From Octopus sinensis (taxonomy: Eukaryota): DNA of 64,000 nucleotides. The notes below the pieces were generated by a model. That model did no database searches, was not told where the DNA came from, and saw only the letters and a program-made list of their open reading frames with translations. The translations under genes and the position numbers were made by a program. Below, one piece after another: positions 53,171-64,000 of this stretch; positions within the stretch are counted from its first letter, which is position 1, and the number at the start of each line of letters is the position of its first letter. Where the stretch lies: the NCBI RefSeq assembly GCF_006345805.1, contig NC_043006.1, positions 8,556,001 through 8,620,000 of the forward strand, read 5' to 3'.

Positions 53171-53431
53171 TAAATTTTGTAATATTTCATGGTATTTTAG
53201 CACGTCCTTTTAAGGTTTTTTCATATCAAATTTTAATTATACCATAGTATTATAACTTTTAAATCTAAAATGCACTGTGTTTTATATATCGATATTTATC
53301 TATTTATATGCATTTTTGTATTCATATATTTGGAATTTTTAATATCCGTTTTATAAATGTAGAAGAATATATGTATATATTTGATTTTGAGTGTGGTTAT
53401 TAATTATGTTCCTCTAGTTTCTGCTTGTATT

Positions 53432-53509
<78 letters not shown>

Positions 53510-53515
53510 GTATAT

Positions 53516-53581
<66 letters not shown>

Positions 53582-54129
53582 CAAAAACATTTCAATAAAG
53601 CCTGGAATTCGTACCTTTATTAGTAGGCCGTAATATCCTTGGCACTTATGTGAAATCTTGCTACCCTGGTGACTTTTTATATATTTTTTCCGTCTTATTA
53701 CGACATATTGAGAAAATACACACACACATATATGTATGTATGTGTATTTTCTCAATGTGTACAAATAAGTCGTAAAAGATAGATAAATATTTACCAAGGT
53801 AGAAAAATTTCACATAAGTTCCAAGTTTGTTATAGCCTTACTTATAAAGGTAGGAATCCCATGTCTTAGTGAACTGTCTTTGTATTACAAAAATTAATTA
53901 AAAAAAGGAGTTAAACGCAGGTGTTATCCAAATTTTACACTTCCGACATATGTTTTGAAGAAACCATTTGTATTATCCCTGAGGGAATAATATGATGAAA
54001 AACAATGTAATTATCTCGTCAAAGGAAAAAGAGAAACGAAACACATCAATAATCCATTTTAACAGAATGTGATTACCGCGTGTATGATGAAGGGAACGTC
54101 GGCAAGTTATTCTTTTAAAAATCCATTAA

Positions 54130-54905
54130 TAGATTTAACGACAAAGGCAATTTAGAGCGAGGTAAGGAGAAAGAAAGAAATGAACAGAAAATTAAGACTG
54201 GAGAAACGTAGTGCGATAGACAAGTGGAAATAAACTTAAAGGCGTGGAGATAGATATATGTAGTGGAAATAAAATATAAGAAGAGAGTTAAAAGTCGAAT
54301 TTTATAGATTGGTGTATAAGTCGTAACGGTGGATTATTAAAACATCTAGTTTGTGATCTTTTAAAAATAAAACGATTTTGTTTGAGAGCGAGAGGTTCAG
54401 TCTTCATCTGTGAGTCATATTTCTTCATAATTTTCTTAGGCTGAAGGTTGACTTTTCTGAGAACACTTTTACCAGTAATCCTATAATTCTTCTGTATTTC
54501 TTTTCTAACTAATTCTAGGTAGTAATCCTTGGTAAGTTTGTATACATTTTTAGTTTTATCAGATTGAACTAGCATCTCATCAATGTTATGAATTTCTTTG
54601 GTGATATTGCGAAGATACCTCAGATGTTTATTCCTTAAGCGTGAACGATGGAATTTCACATTCCTCAGGATAGACCAGTGATCGTCTTTAAACTGGTTCA
54701 ATCTTGGGTCAGGTGGAGGATTGTTTTCAGATTTAAACCATTCTGGAAAGCAGATCATTATGAGGTTGTTTAATGCTTTTATTGTCGAAGAAAAAAGAAA
54801 GCCTTCTAATACGCTTAATAAAGTCGTTGTTTAAGGAAAACCTTCCTTGAGGAAATGGGTATATCCTTAAGAGATGCGTCCATATCAAATAACTCCATAT
54901 GTGGT
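54130..54905 (-). mobile_element. Penelope-like retroelement ORF N-terminal/RT-proximal fragment
   Basis: SLKDIP..RKVFLKQ, WFKSENNPP, LVQSDKTKNVYKL and FNNPPLRLI are Penelope-type segments; frameshifted. Confidence 0.8.
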
Positions 54906-55088
54906 AACTGTTTTATTTGCAGGTTATATGGAAACCTGGTCGAAGTGTATATAAATGTATGTGTACAAATAACCTGGTTGAAGGGTATATAAATGATGTG
55001 TACACATAACACGGGAAAATAAATAAATAGTTACCAGGGTAGCAAAATTTCATATAAGTGCCACCTACGATTAACTCATTTCTTAATT

Positions 55089-55430
<342 letters not shown>

Positions 55431-55535
55431 TAAAACTTATCCAATATACAGATGTGGTTTTAATTGCTATGCAATTAACTTACTTATTGTATTAAATGGG
55501 TGAAGGTAAAGAGATATTTTACCATTAATGTATAA

Positions 55536-55685
55536 TACAAATATGAAAATGGAGAAACAATTTAGTTAGTTTATTAGCTTTAGGATATTAGAATGTTGAT
55601 TTATTTAATTAACAAAACGAGGACCATAATAACATGCATACATACATTAAAATTCAATACATATATGATAAGAATTGCGCTCCAG

Positions 55686-55733
<48 letters not shown>

Positions 55734-55841
55734 TAATTGTCCACATATTTCTGCGTAAGTTTAATTATGTCTATTTATATGTTTATAAACATGTATAGGT
55801 GTATAGTTTTGCTTATGTTTGTATGTATGTGTATATATATA

Positions 55842-55917
<76 letters not shown>

Positions 55918-56301
55918 ATTTGTACGTGTATCTTGTTCCATGTAAATATTTATATCTTTAATGTACTTTATACCCTCTGACCAGGCCTATGGAAATATAT
56001 AAGTACCTCATGTTTAACTGCCTACAGCCTCGTTAAATTGACTTGTAAGAGTATAACTAATTACTTTTTCCAAAGGCTGAAACAGCTGTAAGACTGATTT
56101 TAATGATTCCAGTAATTTATATTAAGGTTTTTATAATTGTATTCTTATTTTACATGTATTAAATTGTAATGTATATATGTATGTTATTACTGTTCTTGTT
56201 TTGTTAATTAAATAAATCAGCATTCTAATATCCTAAAGCTAATGACCAACTAAAGCGTTTCTCCATTCTCTTATTTGTATATATATCTCCATTTTCTTAT
56301 T

Positions 56302-56355
<54 letters not shown>

Positions 56356-56359
56356 TATA

Positions 56360-56410
<51 letters not shown>

Positions 56411-56660
56411 CATATATATACACACATATTGTAATACACACATACTCAAATATATTATATATATATGTGTGTGTGTGTGTGTCTGTGTGTATACTATATG
56501 TGTATATTTATATACATATATATATAAACATATACGTATCCACACACACATACATATATATATATATATACATATATATGTATATATAAACAAATAAGAA
56601 AATGGAGAAACGATTTAGTTGGTTTATTAACTTTAGTATATTAGAATGTTGATTTAATTA
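55536..56660. repeat. Three copies of a 70-145-bp unit in alternating orientation separated by (TA)n arrays
   Basis: Copies at 55536-55678 (+), 56141-56280 (-) and 56590-56660 (+) share aaatggagaaac..ttagt..tattagaatg.tgattta. Confidence 0.85.
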
Positions 56661-58894
56661 TGTATATACGTACACGCTCATGTATATAATTATAAAATCT
56701 GTATTTATTCCGTCACCAACTCCGTTTACAATATATGATTATGCACTGATGTTTGTTAATCGGTGGCTACCTTCGAGCTCTTTCTAATTCGATATATATA
56801 CAATTCATTTTATATATGCCGAAGAGAATAGATAAATTTACCAATATCTCACAAATCTCTTCGAAAATAAAGATATAACTGTCATGACTGTAACATTTAA
56901 TGAATAAAGGCACACTTTTGTAGAGTCCCCTTTGCATTTTACGTAACTGTACTTTAATCAACCATACAAGGGCAAAACACCCTCTTTTAGAAATATCACT
57001 ATAGAACATTGGACAAAGTGAAGCAAGATAAAAAGACAAAAAAAAACTGGAGAGTGATCAAGAGAAGAAAAAAGAAACAAGAAGACAGTGATTTAATATT
57101 ACTTTTTTGTTATTAAACATGATTTAAATTCTCATAGTCTTGTATTGCAGAAACCACTCTACTTTAAATATTTTAGGATTTATAACTGCATTGTGCGCTT
57201 CGCTTTCCTCCTTCTCATCTTCATTTGCATATATTTATTTGTTATATACAAAAGTCGAGTTGTTTATACTTAACTACTAACGGCGTTATTGCTTTAATTT
57301 GAGCTATCAAATAAAATTCAATAGCTCATCGGTGATTTTCAGGCTATTTCAGTATGGTAATGTGTAAAAAAATACGATGTCATTTGCGTACAGAAATTCA
57401 AATAATATTACAATAATGATTCCGCGTTGTTTAGACATTCACATTATTTTTTTATGATGTTTTCTTCTGATTTATTGCTCCCAGAAGAATTTAGATACTT
57501 ATATTTATGAGTATTGCACTCCTTATGCTAGAAAATGCTATGTTTTAGCTAATTTGAAAATATATTGATGTGATGAATATCCACCTCCTCCATCTGTAAA
57601 GGGAATCAACAGTGTGTGCATGCGACAATGTAATAGAAGGACCAGAATTAGCAAGTGTTAAATGCATATTTGGGTACATATATGTATATCTATAAATGCA
57701 AATATATATATATATATATATATAATATATATATTTATTTGCGTGTGTGTGTGTATGAGTGTGTGTGTATGAATGTATGTAATCATATACGTGTTCATGT
57801 GTGTGTGTAGAGAGAGATATGGAAAGGTAAAGAAGGAGGGAGAGACGATAGATAGACAAATAGAGAATAAAGAGGTGAAAGAAAGACGAAATACAGAGAC
57901 TGAGCGAATTAAAAAGGAGATAACATTCTGAGAAATATATTCAATCAGACGAAGCATTAGTGCAACAATTTCAACCTCTGCTACAGAGAACATTTCAGAA
58001 TGTTGCTAATAGAAGGTTATCCGTGTATGGAACTGAAACTCTTGCAGATCTTTCTCGTATAAAATATCACTTCGGTTTTACTCATGCCTTACTCAATCAG
58101 CCTTCCCCAAAATAAAGTCGGAACTTTATACATCAAGATTATGGTGAAAAGGAATCTATAGCAATTGTAATTTTGAAGGAAGGAGAGTGGAAGAGAAATA
58201 GAGAGAGAGAGAGAGAGAAGTGGTGTGTTTGTGTGTGGGGGAGAGAGAAGGGGAATGTTCGTGTGTGTGTGAGAGAGAGAAGGGGAACGTTTATGTGAAT
58301 GAGTGAGAGAGAGAAGTAGAGTGTTTGTGTTTGTATGTGTGTGAGAGATAGAGAGAGAGAATGTATAGGAAGTTATCGTTTCCTCTACTTCCAGTATCGC
58401 TAACTTAGTTTTTTTTTGTATATAAGACAATGACACTATGTATCGGATCATAAGACGTATAGACAAATGTACTTCTGCCTTGTCAATTGATCTACTGGAA
58501 ATAGGGTCCAGATACTCCTAAATTACATCTGGCTTTTTTCAGATATTATTTTCGGTAATTAAGTTTATGATATGCAAATATAATACCATTAAGAAAAAAA
58601 AAGAGACAACAAATTAACTTCATTAGCTTACGGCTGTTTCTGTTATAAGATGCAGTGGCCCCATACTTGAGTGCCTGAATAACCCGTTATAGCTCCATTG
58701 GAGGCCCCGAGTATGAAGTGAATTCATCTAATCTTCTTAGTACTACGCTATACTTGTCTAACCCTTCGTTCTGAAGCTTATGTATATTCAGTTCTCCACC
58801 AGGTTGTTTGTCTAACAATAACTTACCGAAATATTAAAGCGCACGCACGCACACACATATACACACATGTCTTTATATATATAAATATATATAT

Positions 58895-59015
58895 TTGTGT
58901 ATTTATATCAATCTATCATTTATCTACCTATCTATGTATCTATCTGTCTACCTATCTATCTATCTATCTATTTATCTACCTATCTATCTATCTATCTATT
59001 TATCTACCTATCTAC

Positions 59016-59051
<36 letters not shown>

Positions 59052-59091
59052 TTATCTATTTATCTATCTACCTATCTATTTATCTATCTAC

Positions 59092-59125
<34 letters not shown>

Positions 59126-59161
59126 CTCTATCTATCTATCTCTCTATCTATATATCTATCC

Positions 59162-59232
<71 letters not shown>

Positions 59233-59237
59233 AATCT

Positions 59238-59299
<62 letters not shown>

Positions 59300-59312
59300 T
59301 ATATATATATAA
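58895..59312. repeat. Long (TATC)n array grading into (CT)n and (TA)n
   Basis: Direct reading; source of the YLSI ORFs. Confidence 0.95.
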
Positions 59313-60695
59313 ACGAAGAGGAAACCCCAAGGCCGCAGTGTTTACTTTATTGTTTTGAGTTTTTCGTAATCTTCTGCTACATCAAACTTCATTTCCTGGG
59401 TATTTTTTTCTATTTTCATTTACCAACATAAAATCTTCAAGACATGTTTTGTAGATGGAGAAACCATTTTTTGTCGTTATAACTACATCTAATTCCCTTC
59501 TTGGAAAATTGAATCGACAACATGATGTTCTGCATTTCTTTGTTTCTCAGCTCCCTACCGCCGTGATTTCACGACTCCCTTTAGGAATTCGTGAATAAAT
59601 ATATCGATTTTAAGTTACTACAAATATGAAAACTATTGATTCTACTCAACAATATTAACTATCTTGAACAAACATGATTGCATAGTAACTTTCCTGAATG
59701 CCATTCAAAATCAATGAAAGCTTATTTTTTGTATTTGATATCCCTAAATAAACAATAATTGCATTTTACTTTTAATTCATACTCTATCCAAAATATTTGA
59801 AGTTTTTTTTTTAGGACACTGAAAGTTTTATGCCGATTGATTAAGGAATATATTTCTGTAAAAGTTTTGTCACGGAACTTATTTAACATGCGTACATCAT
59901 GAGGCAGGAAAGAAGCTAAAAATAACACAAATGCAAAAAAATTCTGTTAACTAGAGAAAAATATGTTATTTCTCTGGGAAATGAGCAACAAGTATTTCAA
60001 GATGTAAACAAAGTTCCCCTTCCACCAGATAAAAATGAGCCTACGGGTATAACGATTGCATGTATGCACAAGTTCGAGTCTTGATAATTACGCATATGCA
60101 ACGTTTTACGTTTATATGTTACGTAGCCCGAATACTTATTTTAAGAGCCTGATGGCATAAACACAACAACTCGGTTATCGAATGCAAATCTCTGTATTTA
60201 CTGTTCCTTTTATTGATGTTCAGAAATCACGATGTCACGTCCGACAAAGTTAGGATGCGCTGATATCGAGTAAATAAAGAAAAAAAGAGGCAGAACCAAT
60301 CAGTTAAAGGACGTTATAACATAGCAAGCAATACCCCTGAGAAAAATTCATAAGTTTTTCTTAGTTTCAGAAAATTCCAAATAGAATGTTTAGTTACCTT
60401 AAAATGAGGAAGTTTTTAAAAAACAAAATGCAGATAAAATTAATGCGTTAAGTTAGAATAAAATAAATATTCATCCAAACTGCATGAAACAAACAATACT
60501 GTGATGGATAATGTTAATAATTAAGAATATTTATCATAAGTATTGGTATAAATTTTATTTGTAGTAATGTTTGATTACGCTGTTAGGAAGAGAATATTCT
60601 AAAATCCCATTTTTCATTAAAGTTAAGTGTAGGTGTCGTTGGATATGTATTAAAGTAGTATCAAATGAGTTAAAAAACGAAACATTGGAAGGCTA

Positions 60696-61117
60696 TACTC
60701 TTTTACTCTTTTACTCTTTTACTCTTTTACTTGTTTCAGTCATTTGACAGTGGCCATGCTGGATCACCGCCTTTTAGTCGAGAAAATGGACCCCCAGGAC
60801 TTATTTTTTGTAAGCCTAATACTTATTCTATCGGTCTCTTTTGCTGAACCGCTAGGTGACGGGGACGTAAACACACCAGCATTGGTTGTCAAGCGATGTT
60901 GGGGGTATAAACACAGACACACAAACACACACACATATATATATACATATATACGACGGACTTCTTTCAGTTTCCATCCACCAAATCCACTCACAAGGCT
61001 TTGGTCGGCGCGAGGCTATAGTAGAAGACACTTGCCCAAGGTGCCACAGAGTGGGACTGAACCCAGAACCATGTGGTTGGTAAGCAAGCTACTTACCGCA
61101 CAGCCACTTCTGCGCCT
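60696..61117 (-). mobile_element. SINE family B, full length
   Basis: Matches the 11372 and 38381 copies. Confidence 0.92.
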
Positions 61118-61139
61118 ATAGATTTTTTTTCTTTGAATA

Positions 61140-61390
61140 TTCTCCTCATGAATATAGGAGGAGTTCTATTCGTTTACTTTGTCATCCTTCTGAAGAGTAT
61201 GTCACAAATTGAAAAAAATGTGGCACGTCAAGGCGACTACAGTACCAGTGATTGTAGGATCTCTAGAAATGGCAAAAAAGGATACTGAAACCTATTTGAA
61301 AATGATAGAGGAAGTGCAAAAAATCGTATTAACTGGAACGGCTCATCTACTGAGAAGAGCATTATCGCTGTGAAAACAACATCCATTCAT
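61140..61390 (+). mobile_element. R4/Dong-type LINE 3' end
   Basis: IEKMWHVKATTVPVIVGSL..EEVQKIVLTGTAHLLRRALSL* motif. Confidence 0.8.
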
Positions 61391-61539
61391 GAATTTATTT
61401 ATTTATTAATTTTGAAATGCATATGTTACCTGTGAATTTGCGTGTGTAATCTGGGAATGCATAAAATGGGCATCTCTGCCCTAGGTGTACGGAAAACACT
61501 CAGCGAGAAACGGAAGAAAATTTGAAGAAAGAAGGAAAA

Positions 61540-61558
61540 AATAGTAATAATAATAATG

Positions 61559-61653
<95 letters not shown>

Positions 61654-61655
61654 TA
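61540..61655. repeat. (AAT)n array
   Basis: Direct reading. Confidence 0.95.
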
Positions 61656-61662
61656 TGAATAT

Positions 61663-61980
61663 GGCGCAGGAGTGGATGTGTGGTAAGTAGCTTACTAACC
61701 AACCACATGGTTCCGGGTTCAATCCCACTGCGTGGCATCTTGGGCAAGTGTCTTCTGCTATAGCCCCGGGCCGACCAATGCCTTGTGAGTGGATTTGGTA
61801 GACGGAAACTGAAAGAAGCCCGTCGTATATATGTATAGTGGTTCGGCAAAAAAAGACCGATAGAATAAGTACTGGGCTTACAAAAAGAATAAGTCCCGGG
61901 GTCGATTTGCTCGACTAAAGGCGGTGCTCCAGCATGGCCGCAATCAAGTGGCTGAAACAAGTAAAAGAGTAAAAAGAGTA
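61663..61980 (+). mobile_element. SINE family B with an internal deletion
   Basis: The head ggcgcaggagtgg and the tail are intact; the middle tgtgtttg..cttagc segment is missing. Confidence 0.9.
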
Positions 61981-64000
61981 ACAGTATGATGATGATGAGG
62001 ATGATGTTGATGATGATGATGATGATGATGAAGCGCAATAAATTGGTTTCCCTAACATAACAGATTTGTGCCTAAATAATAACAATAGACAATAAAGTCC
62101 TTTACAAGCACAACCTATTGGTACGATAAAAGTGTATTTGAACTTCTCATACGGTCGAACAACTGATGTTGAAATACCGCCAAACATTGCTATTCTACTG
62201 TTGACGCAGGTTGCCTACACAAACCCACAAAAAGCAATAACATCGCTTTTTGTTATAATTGATTGTTCGGCATCCTTTTGTGTAAATACTCTATGACTTC
62301 TCTATTCGTATTTCTTCACTGTGAATGCTGATTTAAACTAAAAAAAAAAATACAGCCTATTAAAGCTGTTTAATTCTTTACTCAGATTGTTAAAAGAACA
62401 ATCAATCAAATTTAAGTTTCTCTCACATGTCATGATTTCAACTGTCAATTGTTAGACATACCAGATTGAAAATCGAATAAACCAACTGACATATCTCTAT
62501 AAAACTACTAGTGTTCAGTCTCAGATGATGCATTTCATCTGTTCGTCATTAATTGTAAGGCGGACAAACTTTAAGTAATAGTGAATGCTATTACGAGATG
62601 CAAGAGTTAAGTTATCTGATAATTATGTTCAGAAAAAGTACTTTATTTGATATCTGTTTAAGAAAATTTTACATAAGCGGCATGGTATTCTTCATAATAA
62701 CATGAATCTTACAGAACCTCATTTCTGACTTCTACAAATATATTTGTCATCGAAATAGCACAAAAGAATAAGTGCCAGCTCAATTTTAGAAACGGAAAAC
62801 AGTAACTCAGCACTACGAGTATTGTATAAATTCTTTATTTATGTAAGATATGTTAGAAAACTTATGGATGCCCCAGGGTACGAGTTAACACGGACAAAAA
62901 TTGCACGATAGGAGAACTATAAATTCTGTAAAAGGAGGGAGAACAGTCAAATAATTTTACCGCACAAAAATGCCCAGTCAAAATACCTGTGTCCAGTTAT
63001 CTTGGTATTAAGGGTGATATATATTTTTAAAATCGTTTTACTATAAAAAAACGTAAGCAACTCCAGCTTTTCGAGTTTTAACAGAAAAAAAACACAAGTT
63101 TGTTTAGTTTGTTTATATTAACGGATTTCTCATGTACACCCACGGCGTAAAATTTACTCACATACATCCACACGTTTACACACAGCTCACATGCATTATT
63201 TCCCCATACAACTCTTTTTGGGGGGCACTCTAAATCCAGCGGGTATAGTGTGATTTTTTTTTTATCAGAGTTAAAGGTTAATTACACCGACAGGGATGTT
63301 AAATCTTTCACTGTTATGTCAGATATTTCAGCCACTTCACAATAGGCACTTTCAATTTTCCTTCGATTGCAAAGTAAATACAATTTGCTACTAGTTAATA
63401 AAGTGATCAGGTATTATCATTATAATCCCATAGTGTGATGCACTTAGCAATTTTCCTGTTTTATTTACTACTTGTGCTATTCGTTTTTGTCTAGTTGACC
63501 ACAAATCAAGTAGTCTTACAATCATCTTGTTTACTGAATTATATCATCCAGTTTGTCATTTTGTTGTAGTATAAATCGATTCTTATTTCTAGCATGCCAA
63601 GCAAAAGCAGCTTTTTCTCTTTTTGTCGTGACAGATATTTGTATAGTTAAGCAATAAAATTGAACTATATGATTCAACTAGTGGTGAGAGGGAGAGGGAA
63701 ATATTTATTTCTAAATAAGAAAAATAAATCGGCGATATATGAAATGTATATTAACATAAGTTTATTTCTAATATAAAATTTATAAGAAATCGGATATTGA
63801 GATGAAAAGATCTCTCAGGTAATGTTAGACATTAAGGGGAATCTTCGATCCCAAACTCTTTCGTGGATTATCTATTTTGTTCCGCATCTTCATAGTTTAA
63901 ATGCAACCGGAGTGAGGTTTTACTTTCGATTTAATTGCTTTTCTCTTTTTTGGTCGAAGTCTTTCAACTCACTATATTATATATTGTATTTGGTTTTAAC

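Noticed and set aside
58630-58770. Minus-strand segment with splice-like ends encoding ..SYSGPPMEL
   Set aside because: In-frame stops occur in all three frames before the donor.

Overview
AT-rich eukaryotic DNA dense in microsatellites, most likely from an octopus or another coleoid cephalopod. That assignment is inferred from recalled SINE, Penelope and R4-Dong repeat families and was not verified by search. I can support only one host-gene exon: a 153-nt internal exon on the minus strand (28419-28571) of an anion-selective Cys-loop, GABA-A/glycine-type receptor subunit, covering loop C, TM1 and the start of TM2. The rest looks like intronic repeat landscape. It holds about 12 tRNA-derived SINEs, three mariner copies and one Tc1, two foldback MITEs, a decayed Ty3/Gypsy element, and fragments of CR1, Tx1, R4/Dong-type and Penelope retroelements. 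The least expected signals are RNA-structural. There is a near-complete hammerhead ribozyme motif behind a Penelope C-terminal remnant (53081-53170), and a short repeat whose two copies share a variant CUGU-N-GA hammerhead-like core. Two head-to-head elements embedded in (TA)n each begin with a foldback hairpin, and a tRNA-derived palindrome is flanked by complementary (TTA)n/(TAA)n arrays. Most long ORFs in the supplied track are translations of microsatellites.
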